A stretch of 64,000 nt of DNA from Terriglobales bacterium (GTDB lineage: Bacteria; Acidobacteriota; Terriglobia; Terriglobales; Acidobacteriaceae), in contig DATBYM010000071.1 in NCBI GenBank assembly GCA_036513715.1, positions 12,630 to 76,629 of the forward strand. Reading direction: 5' to 3'. The notes under the pieces are model-generated. The model was not told the DNA's origin, ran no database searches, and saw nothing but the letters and a program-made list of their open reading frames with translations. The position numbers and the translations under genes were made by a program. This document shows, piece by piece, positions 7,615 through 17,700 of this stretch. Each line of letters opens with the position of its first letter. Position 1 is the first letter of the stretch.

Positions 7615-9069
7615 CTAAGCGTTTCGGCGGGTGCCTAGCGAAATCACGTACGATCTGGCGGCCAAAGCGGAAGGAATCGCGGCGGCATCGAGCGGGGTGA
7701 CGATCAGGTTGTAATCTTCGCTGGCGCGCAGACGGCTAAAGATGGGTGTAGCTTCCTGCGGCTCGACCAGGGCCAGGTATCGCAGGAAGGCGAAGACGTC
7801 TTCGGTGGGCTCTAACCCTGGCGCGACGAAAGAGACTTCAACATCCTCGTGATGGAAGTGCCACGCGAGCGAAGCGGCCAGGCGCACTCCTCGCTCGTAT
7901 GCCGCAGAGGGCAGCACTCCGGGCGCGGGATTGTCAAAAACGATGCGCAGCTTACGTTCATCTTCGCGGCTGAATTCGCGCACTTTAAGCGCGCCGGTTC
8001 GCGCCGTCGCTTTCCAGTCCACGTGGCGCGCGGAATCGTCGGGCATGTATTCGCGGATGAGATAAAGATCGTTGCCGCGTCCGCTGATAAAAGTTTCGAA
8101 TTCGCCGGTGACCATGGGCAGAACTCCTAGAAACTGATCGGTGGTCTCGACTGCTGGATAGACGATCACTTCGCGTGCAAGGTTGATGCGGCGCGTCTTC
8201 ATCAGGAAGGCGAAGGGAAAGCGCGTGGCCAAGCCGAAGTTCTTTTCCGAGTAGAGGCCGCGCGTCCTGAAGCTGATCTCGAGGTCGGCGCGCAACTCCT
8301 GTAGCGGGGCAAGAAAAGGAAAATAAACAGATTCTTGCAGGATTGGCTTCTCTTCCGGCTCCTGCAAGCGCCGCAAGCGGCGGTCCGGTAGACGGAACCA
8401 CTGATCTTGAGGAGCACGATTGCGCGGCCAGCCGAAGGTCGAGGCCTCCCAGCCCCAGCGCACCTTATTCTTACTTTTGCGCCTGGCCGGAACGACGCGC
8501 ACGGAAAATGACGGTAGCCAGGAACTGAGGTTGCGCAAAAGCAAACGCGCTACCATTGGACGGCCGGCGAATACATGCTCCGGCAAATGCACGTCGAGTT
8601 GCAGACCGCGCAGCACCAGCGCTGAGGCGACTCCGGAGACGAGAATCGCCGAGAGCAGCGCGGCGACGACAACATAAAGAAGGTTGTTGCCGGAACTGAG
8701 GGCGGCGATGCCGATCAAGACGCTGGTCAGGATGTAGATCAGGCCCGCGCGCGTGACGTCGTAGTCCATTGCTTCGCGCACGCGGCTAGCAACCACTCGA
8801 CGCGCCAGATAGGGCACCGTGGTCAGTCCAACGAAGGTCGCGAGCAATAGCGCGACCGACGCCAGAATCAGCGTCCCCCAAAGGCTACCGGCCTCGCGCG
8901 ACACGGTGGAAAATAAGGCCGCGCCGAAGGCCAGCACCAGCCCTACAAGGGCCAGCAGAAATCGCACCCACACCTGCGACAGTCCGAGCCACGAATGGGA
9001 CGGAGCCGAGGGTTCCGCTAGATTCTGGGCGTTCCCCGAGATTGCTTTGCTGATCAGTCTGTTCTCCAA
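7615..9069 (-). CDS. Membrane-anchored DUF58 family protein (vWA-like fold)
   Basis: DUF58 signature ..LIREYMPDDSARHVDWKATARTGALKVREFSRE.. The N-terminal third has several TM helices. Confidence 0.9.
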   Translation of the reverse strand: MENRLISKAISGNAQNLAEPSAPSHSWLGLSQVWVRFLLALVGLVLAFGAALFSTVSREAGSLWGTLILASVALLLATFVGLTTVPYLARRVVASRVREAMDYDVTRAGLIYILTSVLIGIAALSSGNNLLYVVVAALLSAILVSGVASALVLRGLQLDVHLPEHVFAGRPMVARLLLRNLSSWLPSFSVRVVPARRKSKNKVRWGWEASTFGWPRNRAPQDQWFRLPDRRLRRLQEPEEKPILQESVYFPFLAPLQELRADLEISFRTRGLYSEKNFGLATRFPFAFLMKTRRINLAREVIVYPAVETTDQFLGVLPMVTGEFETFISGRGNDLYLIREYMPDDSARHVDWKATARTGALKVREFSREDERKLRIVFDNPAPGVLPSAAYERGVRLAASLAWHFHHEDVEVSFVAPGLEPTEDVFAFLRYLALVEPQEATPIFSRLRASEDYNLIVTPLDAAAIPSALAARSYVISLGTRRNA

Positions 9070-9177
9070 TACCGCCCGATGCTTCTAACAGCATATGACG
9101 GCGCGCGGGCGAGGGGGAAGTGACCGAAGATACTTTCATTCGAAAACGGTGGCCGGTCGTTTATCGACAAGGCATTT

Positions 9178-10281
9178 TCATTGCTGCTTCTCGCTCTCCA
9201 TTTTGCGACGAAGATACGCCTCGACTTCTTTCTTGCCGCCGTGCCTCGCCCAGTCGGCCGGAGATCCGCGCCAGAGCACATCTTTCAAATCCAAGCGCGC
9301 GCCGCGTTCGACGAGCAGTCGCACCATTTCAAGATTGCCCGCCCCAGCCGCCTGATGCAGAGGCGTCGTATGCGAGTGGCCGCCGACCGGGTTATATCGA
9401 TTTGCATCTTCGCCCGAGTCCAGCAAGAGGCGGACGATTTCGACATGTCCAAATTGCGCTGCCAGCGCCAGTGCCAGGTGGCAAGCTTCGCCGTTGCTGC
9501 GGGGAAGTAAGCGGCGAACATCGTCGATGCGCCCGAGAGCCGCCGCTACCGGCAAATCGATGCGAGCGCCGCGCCTGATTAGAGCATTCAGCGCTTCCAT
9601 TTCGCCGTGTAGGGCGGCGGCGTGAAGCGCGCCATTGGGATCAGCTCCGTAATCGCAAAGGAGATCGATCAGTGGAAGTTGCTGGCGACATTCCCGCGGC
9701 ACGCTGCCTGTCGCGACAAGCATAAGCGTCTCGTTCAATGACGATTGCTCAGCGCCCGCATCGAGAATGACCTTGGCTATTGGAACAATGTTCATCGGCA
9801 GAGTGCCGTGGCGAACTGGATTCTCGGCGACGAATTCTAGAGGTGTGGGATGCCGGAAATAATTTCCACCTTCGAATGTGACGTGCTGACGCGATAGATT
9901 GGCGTGTTGCTTCAGGTGGGCTCGTAAACCTGCGACATCGCCCGCATCGAGAAGTTCCACCGCGCGCCGAAAAGTCGCATCCTCGATTCGTTCCTGGTGC
10001 GGCAAATCCAGCTGATCGGAGAGCGTTGGTTTTTCAATGTGCGCTTTCAAGCGCGCCCAGCTGGGGAATCCCGACTCGCGAGCGATGGCGAGCTGCGCGT
10101 CACTGAGCTTGAACTGGGCGGCGAAGATTTCAGCGTCGGTGGCGCGGCTGAAGCGGGGATGGAATTCTCTGATTCGCTGCGCCACTTCAGGAGTGTGGGC
10201 GCTGTGCTCCTGGAGGAAGTCTTTCGCTTGATACTTGAGATGGTCGAGGTTGGGATTCGATGGCAGACGTCGGACTGGCAT
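9178..10281 (-). CDS. Ankyrin-repeat protein with a conserved ~85-aa N-terminal helical module
   Basis: Ankyrin repeats (..TPLHQAAGAGNLEMVRLLVERGARLDLKD.., ..ALHAAALHGEMEALNALIRRGARIDL..). The N-terminus is paralogous to that of the ORF at 58351..59058. Confidence 0.9.
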   Translation of the reverse strand: MPVRRLPSNPNLDHLKYQAKDFLQEHSAHTPEVAQRIREFHPRFSRATDAEIFAAQFKLSDAQLAIARESGFPSWARLKAHIEKPTLSDQLDLPHQERIEDATFRRAVELLDAGDVAGLRAHLKQHANLSRQHVTFEGGNYFRHPTPLEFVAENPVRHGTLPMNIVPIAKVILDAGAEQSSLNETLMLVATGSVPRECRQQLPLIDLLCDYGADPNGALHAAALHGEMEALNALIRRGARIDLPVAAALGRIDDVRRLLPRSNGEACHLALALAAQFGHVEIVRLLLDSGEDANRYNPVGGHSHTTPLHQAAGAGNLEMVRLLVERGARLDLKDVLWRGSPADWARHGGKKEVEAYLRRKMESEKQQ

Positions 10282-10561
10282 AACGAACTTCCTTTCGTAT
10301 GCCCGAGGTCCGCATTGATGGGCAGAAAGTCAGTTCGTGAAAACAAGTTTAGCGATCAAGGTGGACTTCTGTCCTTTCCGCGGACCGGATGCGCCCTTCG
10401 CGCTGGGGTCATACTAGCACGCGGGCAGTTGGCGATGCGATGAGCCGCAAGCGCTCCGTCAGAAAGGTCAGCGAATAAGAATATCTCCGTTCTGCCGACC
10501 TTCTCGATCAGTGAATTGCCAAGGCGGCGCCCACTGTCGTGGGGAGCGGCTTGCGAAAGGA

Positions 10562-10858
10562 CTAGCGCGAATTCGGGATCGTTCCCCCGAGTAATAACCC
10601 CAGCAAAGCCAGCCCGAAAATACTCAGCAGGAGGGCAGCGAGAGCCACGATTACCTCGCAGAGAAACCAGAAGACCGGCGCGAGAAACGAAATCAACCAC
10701 AGAATGGCTGGTAGCCAGATTGGACTAAGCTCGAACCAGATAAACGCGACTACCGATACGACGAACAAGGCTCCGAAGTTGGGCCTTGGCATAGAGTCCA
10801 ATATCTTGCCGATCTCGCTCTCTGGGATACGACGGTGCGTGATGGACGGGCTGCTCAT
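10562..10858 (-). CDS. Small membrane protein (98 aa, 2-3 TM), hypothetical
   Basis: Hydrophobic ORF divergent from the ArsR/SRPBCC operon. No clear SD. Confidence 0.4.
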   Translation of the reverse strand: MSSPSITHRRIPESEIGKILDSMPRPNFGALFVVSVVAFIWFELSPIWLPAILWLISFLAPVFWFLCEVIVALAALLLSIFGLALLGLLLGGTIPNSR

Positions 10859-10983
10859 GCAATCACGCCAATCTTAGGTGTGGCGCAGACTGTAAGTCAA
10901 TCGTGACCAAGAAGGATCGATAACCTGTTCCGTTCATCCTGGGAAGTTGCTTCTCTGAGGCGTGAATGAGCCATAACGATTGT

Positions 10984-10999
10984 GCAACCTTTCGGTTGC
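10984..10999. promoter_or_regulatory. Inverted repeat GCAAC-N6-GTTGC (candidate ArsR-type operator, distal)
   Basis: The sequence GCAACctttcgGTTGC lies in the divergent intergenic region. It has the same architecture as the proximal site. Confidence 0.45.
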
Positions 11000-11022
11000 T
11001 ATTTGCCGGTTGCCTCTGGTAA

Positions 11023-11044
11023 TATGCAACTGAGAGGTTGCATA
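11023..11044. promoter_or_regulatory. Perfect inverted repeat TATGCAAC-N6-GTTGCATA (candidate ArsR-type operator overlapping the SD)
   Basis: The 8-bp arms are perfectly complementary. The spacer GAGAGG doubles as the SD of the SRPBCC gene (ATG 11047). A further GTTGC half-site lies at 11008..11012. Confidence 0.5.
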
Positions 11045-11046
11045 AC

Positions 11047-11526
11047 ATGAGCGATTTTATTAAGAAGCAGATCGAGCTCAAGTCTCCTATTTCACGGGTC
11101 TGGCGCGCCCTGACGGATTACCGCGAGTTTGGCGAATGGTTTCGCGTGAAACTCGACGGACCGTTTGTGCCCGGCCAAGTCTCGCGCGGACAGATGACGT
11201 ATCCGGGATATGAACACGTCAGATGGGAGGCCGTAGTTCAGGAGATGGAGCATGAGCGGCTCTTTTCCTTCACCTGGCCTCATCCTAAGTCTTTTGAAAA
11301 AACCGCTGCCCCGCTGGACTACTCAGGCGAACCGACTACGCTCGTCGAGTTCAGGCTGGAAAAGATTGCCGGCGGCACGCTGCTGGTGGTCACTGAGTCC
11401 GGCTTCGACAAGCTTCCCGAGGATCGCCGTCTCGACGCTTTCCGACGGAACGAGGGCGGCTGGACGGAACAGATGAAGAACATCGAGAACTATATCTCGA
11501 AGAAGCATGTCGCGCCGAACTCGTAG
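11047..11526 (+). CDS. SRPBCC / AHSA1 (Activator of Hsp90 ATPase homologue 1-like) family protein
   Basis: ..IELKSPISRVWRALTDYREFGEWF.. and the length are typical. I chose ATG 11047 with an SD 9 nt upstream; the track starts at TTG 11038. Confidence 0.9.
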   Translation: MSDFIKKQIELKSPISRVWRALTDYREFGEWFRVKLDGPFVPGQVSRGQMTYPGYEHVRWEAVVQEMEHERLFSFTWPHPKSFEKTAAPLDYSGEPTTLVEFRLEKIAGGTLLVVTESGFDKLPEDRRLDAFRRNEGGWTEQMKNIENYISKKHVAPNS

Positions 11527-11869
11527 CGGCGGGGCGGCGAAACCGCGGGCTTCCGGGGGGAAGAATCCCGCGCTTGTCTTTGCCGCCCTCGGCGACACAA
11601 CCCGGCTGGCGCTGGTGGCGAAGCTCTGCGGACGGCATCCTTATTCGATCTCACAGCTGACGCGCGGCTCGAAGCTGACCCGGCAGGCGATCACCAAACA
11701 TCTCCGAGTGTTGGAGAGCGCGGGAATCGTACATAGCCTCAGGGCGGGGCGAGAGAGCCGATTCGAGTTCGATCCGCAGCCGATGGAGGGACTCCGACAA
11801 TATCTTGATTTCGTGTCGGAACAATGGGATCAGGCTTTGTCGAGGTTAAAGGCGTTTGTGGAAGAGTGA
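11507..11869 (+). CDS. ArsR/SmtB family transcriptional regulator
   Basis: Winged HTH ..LGDTTRLALVAKLCGRHPYSISQLTRGSKLTRQAITKHLRVLESAGIV.. It overlaps the SRPBCC gene by 20 nt, which is a classic gene pair. Confidence 0.9.
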   Translation: MSRRTRSGGAAKPRASGGKNPALVFAALGDTTRLALVAKLCGRHPYSISQLTRGSKLTRQAITKHLRVLESAGIVHSLRAGRESRFEFDPQPMEGLRQYLDFVSEQWDQALSRLKAFVEE

Positions 11870-11982
11870 AGGCCGAGACGGTGATTGGAGGACCTAGCAG
11901 CGACGGCGGGAGCCACTTCTCGAAAAGCGCGAGAAGTGCTGCACCCCCGATCGATTCGCGCGACGTTCGGCGACGACCGCCT

Positions 11983-12585
11983 TCAATCTTTTTTCGTCGC
12001 AGCCTGACGCCGATATCTCCACCATAGATAAACAATCACAACCGCGGCAACAATCAACACCGTAATATTGAAGCGCTGCATCACCCGCAGCAGCGTCTGC
12101 CAATGGCGCCCGAAGAGATAGCCTGCGACGCTCATTAGAGTGACCCAAGCGGCGGCGCCGAGAAAGTTGAAGAGGGTGAACGCTCGCCAACGCATGCGCA
12201 GCACGCCGGCGAGCGGGCCGGCGAAGACGCGCATTCCGAAGATGAAACGGGAGAAGAAAATGGCGGCGGCTCCGTAGCGCTCGAACATTTTCTCGCCGCG
12301 TTCGAGCAGTTCCGGCGAAATTCGCAGCAAGCTCCGGTAGCGCTCGAGCAGCGGCCGTCCGCCATACTCGCCGACGGCATAGCCCAGGTTGCCGCCGAGC
12401 GTCGCCGCGCAGGTGCCAGCCACGATGATCCAACCGACGTGTAGATGACGTTCAGAGTAGGCCAGAAAGCTCGCGAGCAGCAGCGTAATCTCTCCGGGAA
12501 CGGGGATGCCCGCGCTCTCCGCCAGCAGGGCCAGAACTACCGCCCAGTAACCGTAATCAGCGATGAGAGTGCGAATCGAGTGCAT
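11983..12585 (-). CDS. DedA / VTT-domain family membrane protein
   Basis: ..YGYWAVVLALLAESAGIPVPGEITLL.. and ..FSRFIFGMRVFAGPLAGV.. are motifs of DedA proteins. Confidence 0.9.
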   Translation of the reverse strand: MHSIRTLIADYGYWAVVLALLAESAGIPVPGEITLLLASFLAYSERHLHVGWIIVAGTCAATLGGNLGYAVGEYGGRPLLERYRSLLRISPELLERGEKMFERYGAAAIFFSRFIFGMRVFAGPLAGVLRMRWRAFTLFNFLGAAAWVTLMSVAGYLFGRHWQTLLRVMQRFNITVLIVAAVVIVYLWWRYRRQAATKKD

Positions 12586-12685
12586 AGGCGCGTGCTTACG
12601 TTTGCCGAGTGAGAAGATCAGTATGCCGGGTAGCGTAGCTTTAGTTTCGATGCAAGATGTTATCTCCGAAGAGAAACCTCTCCCC

Positions 12686-12994
12686 TTAGATTTCGATCAG
12701 CACATCCCCGCCCTCGATCTTTACCGAATACACCGTGAGCTTTGCTCCTGGCGGCCCGGACTCTCCGGTCTTTGGATCCCATGCCCAGCCATGCCACGGA
12801 CAGATCACTTTGCCATCTTCGATAACGCCCTGGCCGAGCGGGCCTCCGCGATGGAGGCAGACGTTCTCCATGGCGCTGATCTCGCCATTCACGTTGGCAA
12901 CGCAAATCGTCTTGTCGCCGCAGGGGAATTCTCTGGCTTCGTTGGGGGCGGGAAGGTCGGACTGGGTCGCGATTTTCGTGAACATTCTGTTCAT
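12686..12994 (-). CDS. Rieske [2Fe-2S] domain protein (NirD-like small ferredoxin)
   Basis: CLHRGGPL..(17 aa)..CPWHGW Rieske ligand pattern. 102 aa, no signal peptide. Confidence 0.9.
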   Translation of the reverse strand: MNRMFTKIATQSDLPAPNEAREFPCGDKTICVANVNGEISAMENVCLHRGGPLGQGVIEDGKVICPWHGWAWDPKTGESGPPGAKLTVYSVKIEGGDVLIEI

Positions 12995-13039
12995 TCTATT
13001 TCATAGGTGGCGAAGCGATAGAGATGAAGAGCGCGGCGA

Positions 13040-14755
13040 TCATTTTCTGCCATAGGGCCGCGCGGCGATCTGGCCTTTCGTTTCCTGAATGGTGACCGTC
13101 TGTCCAGTCGCGATGTCTGCGAGTTTGTCTACCTGCCCGCTGGGCCAGTCGATTTCGATGGTGTCGGCTTTGGTCTTCGATCCCATGCCGAAGGTGAGAA
13201 CGAGTTCGCTCTGCGAAAGATAGCTGGAGCCGCTCTTCAAGGTGAGCCACTGCTTGTCGGCGCCAGCGCTTAAGCGCACAACCGCGCCGATGCCGTCGCG
13301 ATTCGATTTTGTGCCGACAAGTTTTATGCGCAGGCTCTGATTCGTTCCGCCCTGGTTGAGATAGAGATGCGGCGGGCCGCCGTTGGTCATGACGAGCAGG
13401 TCGAGGGCTCCGTCGTTATTGATGTCGGCGTAAGCCGCCCCCCGCGCCACTTTTGGAGCGGCGAACGCGTCTCCCACTTTTGCTGTAACTTCCTCGAACT
13501 TGCCGTTGCCGAGATTGCGGAACAGATGTGGCGGTTCGGCGTAGCTTACGCGCTTCTGCACCGCCTCGATCTGGTCTTCGATGTGGCCGTCGGCGACGAA
13601 GATGTCCTGCCACCCGTCGTTGTTGTAATCGAAGAAAAAGCAGCCGAAGCCGAGCGTGACGAGGGTGGCGCGGCCAACTTCCGAGCGCGGAGCTTCATCG
13701 ACGAACAGGCCGTTGCCTTCGTTGTGGTAGAGCGAAAGCATCTGGTTAGAAAAATTCGTGATGATCAGGCTTGCGCCACCCGAGCGATCGTAGTCGGCAG
13801 TATCGACGCCCATGCCAGCGCGGGCGATCCCATCTTCACTGAAGGCGATTCCGGCGGGAACAGCGCGCTCTTCAAAGGTGCCATTCTTTTTATTGAGATA
13901 AAGTTTGTTCGGCTGCGTATCGTTAGCGATCAGAATGTCGGGCCATCCATCGTTGTTGTAATCCAGAATGGCGACGCCGAGACCTTTCGAGGTGGGATCG
14001 TAGAGGCCGGCTTTCTGCGTGGCATCTTCGAATTTGCCGTTGCCGAGGTTATGCCAGAGGCGCGCCGACGTTCCCTTATACGATTCTGGCGTGCAGTAGG
14101 ACTTGTGCGAACCGTCGAGAGTGCAATAGAGATCGGATTGCTCGGACCACTGCACGTAGTTGGCGACGACGAGATCGAGTTTGCCATCGCGATCGTAATC
14201 GACCCATGCCGCGCCCGTAGAGAACTCGTTCGGGCCCCACAATCCCGCCGACTTCGTGACGTCTGTGAACGTGCCGTTGCCATTGTTGTGGAAGAGATGA
14301 CTCTGGCCGACAGCAGTAATGAAGATGTCGTCGAATCCGTCGTTGTCGTAGTCGCCAACGGCGACGCCGAGTCCGAAGAGCGAAATGTCGAGGCCGGACT
14401 TTCGTGTCACGTCGGTAAAGGTGCCGTCGTGGTTGTTGTGGTAGAGCTTCAACGTCGTCGCACCACTTTTCGCGTGGCCGCGCCAGTCCTGACCGTTGAC
14501 TAGCAGGATGTCGGGCCATCCGTCGTTGTCGTAATCGATGAAAGCGCAACCGGGGCCCATGGTTTCGGGCAGCCACTTTTTGCCGAAGGCTCCGTTGTTG
14601 TGGGTGAAGTGGATGCCGGCTTGGGCGGTGATGTCGCGGAAGGTGATTTTGTCCTGCGCATGGCTTGCGGCGATCATCGCAAAAACCAATAACCACGGAG
14701 ACACGGAGGCACGGAGGAGTGCGGAGATGGAATTCTTGCTCGATGCGCGCATCAC
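13040..14755 (-). CDS. CRTAC1-family protein (FG-GAP/VCBS repeats plus ASPIC/UnbV C-terminal domain), secreted
   Basis: Repeated ..DYDNDGWPDI.. / ..DYNNDGWQDIFV.. calcium-binding FG-GAP motifs. C-terminal ..NRDGIGAVVRLSAG..SGSSYLSQSE.. (UnbV_ASPIC). Signal peptide present. The start (GTG 14755 or ATG 14752) overlaps the upstream stop. Confidence 0.9.
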   Translation of the reverse strand: MMRASSKNSISALLRASVSPWLLVFAMIAASHAQDKITFRDITAQAGIHFTHNNGAFGKKWLPETMGPGCAFIDYDNDGWPDILLVNGQDWRGHAKSGATTLKLYHNNHDGTFTDVTRKSGLDISLFGLGVAVGDYDNDGFDDIFITAVGQSHLFHNNGNGTFTDVTKSAGLWGPNEFSTGAAWVDYDRDGKLDLVVANYVQWSEQSDLYCTLDGSHKSYCTPESYKGTSARLWHNLGNGKFEDATQKAGLYDPTSKGLGVAILDYNNDGWPDILIANDTQPNKLYLNKKNGTFEERAVPAGIAFSEDGIARAGMGVDTADYDRSGGASLIITNFSNQMLSLYHNEGNGLFVDEAPRSEVGRATLVTLGFGCFFFDYNNDGWQDIFVADGHIEDQIEAVQKRVSYAEPPHLFRNLGNGKFEEVTAKVGDAFAAPKVARGAAYADINNDGALDLLVMTNGGPPHLYLNQGGTNQSLRIKLVGTKSNRDGIGAVVRLSAGADKQWLTLKSGSSYLSQSELVLTFGMGSKTKADTIEIDWPSGQVDKLADIATGQTVTIQETKGQIAARPYGRK

Positions 14756-17700
14756 TTTGGGGTCCTGGAGTTTGTGGCGGCACTAACTACTGTCGGGGCG
14801 TCCGTCCCTACGCGATTCCTAGCGGGCGCCTGGAGTGCCGCTACGCGCTTGGATGGTGCGGCGTTCAGAATCGGCAGCGGGACTGACACGTGCTCGTGAA
14901 TACTTTGGCGTTCGTTATTGTCTTCTGGATTGAGCTGGCGATAGGGGCCGGTGATGGCCTGCGAGGCTTCGTCGGCTTTGAAGCGGAGATAGCGCGCCTG
15001 GTGTTCTTTCGACATTTTTTTGTCGCCCAGTCCGTTGTAACAGAGCATGAGATTGTAGTGGGCCTGCAAATCTTCGGGATCGATGGCGAGAACCTGCTGC
15101 AACGTCTTCACGGCGTCTGAATACTTGCGTTCGAGAAAAAGAGTGCGGCCAAGATTGTTAAGTGCCACGCGATCCCGCGGATACTGAGCGAGCACTGTCG
15201 TTAAATGTTGTATGGCGCCGTCGTAATTGCCTTCCTGTCGAAGAACTCCAGCATAGAAAAAATGCGCGCGGGCTAGATTGGGACTGAGCGCCAATGCCGT
15301 CTCGAGCACGGTGCGAGCGCGGGCGGTGTCACCTTCCTGCAGGGCGGCGCGTCCGATGTTGACCCAGCCATCGGGATTCGCGGGATCAGCCTCAGTGACT
15401 TTCTCGAAGGCGGCTTGCGCGGCTTTCAGATCGCCTTGCAGCAGGAGGCCAATGCCGTAATCGTTCCAACGCTGCCAGTCTTCTTTTGCGAGTTGCATTT
15501 TGGGCTGCGGAGCAGGAACGTTGGCGGGCAACACGTCGAGGGACACTTCGTTTTGCGCAACCGCGACGATCGGCACGTCGGGAATCTGCTCCTTTTTTGC
15601 TGAGACCCCGTGCAGTGAAGCGGTAAATGTCGCTTTCGCATCGTCGTAGTCGGGCGTCGTCAATGCAGACGTCGCCTCAACGTGCACTGGATTGCTGCTG
15701 CTTCCACTTTCATGCTCGCCGGCAAATGCAAACTGCGTGTTAAACCACGAGAACTTGCGATAGCAGAGCCTCGCAGTCAGCGTGATCTTGCTGCCGGTTT
15801 TCTCTGGGATCTTCATGCGGAAGTGCACCGTGTCGGCGGCGCCTGGCGGAATCAGCCGCACATAAACAACCGCACGCGTAGACCAGGCATTGCGCTTGTT
15901 GATCGGGTTGCCGTGTGCGTCCACTTGAAGCGAGCGATAGAAGTGCGCGCCCTTTTCTACAGGACCTTTACCGTTATCCTCGACCATGCCGCTCCAGAAA
16001 ATTGTCTGGCCGTTATCGTCGACGCCTTTGAGTTCGAGCCAGGTGTCGTAGGCGTCGACGGTGCCTCCAGGAAAGAAGTGGCCGATGCGCTTGGTTCGGA
16101 CCACAACGTCGACGCGGACGGTGTCGCCGCGACGGACGGCGGGTTGCACGCGATTGAGGGGCGCGGTGACTGGCATAGCCTCGGTCACATCGGCTTGTGG
16201 AGTTCTCGCGGTTGCCTCCGCTTCTTCGCCGACGGCAAACGTCGTTGCCAGCTCATGTTCGGCGGCCGCTCCAGCTTTCGATGGCGCTGATTTTATCGGC
16301 GCACTCGCCGGTGAGAGCGCGAAAATATCGACCGTCAGAGCGCCGCTGGTTAGGAAATCTGCGGTGGCTTTCAACTGCGCGGCATCTTCGTTAGCTGTGG
16401 GAACCGCTGTGTTAGCGCCAGGAAAGCGATGCGAGTGCACTTTACCGGCGAGGTTGCCCATGTCGGTCGAAGGTTCGAGCGGCATGTGGCAATCGGCGCA
16501 TTGTTGGGGCTTTGGGGGATAGTAGAACGAACGCGCACCCTCGCCGGAGACGCCGCTGGCCTGCCAGTTGTCATACTCGTTGAAGCCGCGAATCCAGCGG
16601 TAATGATTGACGGGCACATCGAGATGAACCTTGTGGCAGGAGGAACAGAATTCCGCCGTCTGCTGCCTCATGAACGGCTTAAGGAACACGCGGCGATGCG
16701 GCTCCGGGTTCAGCTTGACCAGGAAGTCATGCAGTGTACGAACCACGGGATTTTTACTGGCCGCGAGTTCGTGCAGCTTGGGATACTCGAGATAGAAGTC
16801 GCCTTGGCCCATCGTGCTTTTTACGTCTGCAATGGAGTGGCACATCATGCAGCCGAGCCCGGCCTGGGCTGCGGGCGTGTGCACGATCTGCTTGATCGGA
16901 GTATCCATCTTGCCGGCGTAGAGCACGGCTGGATCATGGCATCCGCCGCACCATTTCGAGGGCTTGGTGCCGATCGTATCCTGCATGTATTCGATCGACT
17001 TGCGGTACCACTGATTATTGAACGACGAGAAATGGTGGGCCGAGCTGTTCCACTGATTGTAGATATCTTCATGGCAACGCTTGCAGGAATCGGATTCCAT
17101 GAAGAACTGGCTGGGAATTTTTTCGCCTCCATAGACTTGCGCAGAACTGGGGAAAAAGGGGCCGTTCGGCCCATCACCTTCGCCGTTCATGGTGAGGGGC
17201 GGGAGCGCGGGATTTTGGATGCGCGCATGCTGAATCCAGCGAGTTTCGCGGAGATAGCGAGCCGCTGGCGCGAGCGCGGCCAGCACCGCCAACACGATTG
17301 CGACGCGCAGTGCGGTGTGACGTGAGAGCCATGCTTGATTAGCGTTTCGAGCGGCTCCGACGCGCGCCGCGAAGATCAATCCCGCTCCGAGAAAGCTCAG
17401 AGCTAAATGAACGTAGACCAGCGTCCACTCAGTACGCAACGCTCCGGTATAAATCAGCGCCAGTCCCGGGATTGCGCCCGCGAAGAGCAGGATCATTCCG
17501 ATGCGGACTAGCGGCTCACCCTGACGCCACGAACGGAGCAGCCAGAGCAGCAGCCAGACTGAGGCAACGACACCAGCGACGGCGTGCAGCAAGACCACTC
17601 CAGCATAGAAAACATTCGCCTGCGGGAACGTATATAAATAAATCGCGGACGCTACGAGAAAGCCGATTAGCAGTGAGAGCGCTCGGTTCATAGAAAGTCT

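Noticed and set aside
11894-12433. 179-aa minus-strand ORF overlapping the DedA gene in another frame
   Set aside because: The DedA frame has the family motifs. This frame is Arg-rich nonsense.
13367-14503. 378-aa plus-strand ORF
   Set aside because: It is antisense to the well-supported CRTAC1-family gene. The stop-codon-poor reverse frame is typical of GC-rich DNA.
16429-17325. 298-aa plus-strand ORF (also 15682..16290 and 16061..16522)
   Set aside because: It is antisense to the multihaem-TPR gene, whose CxxCH motifs and TPRs identify the true frame.
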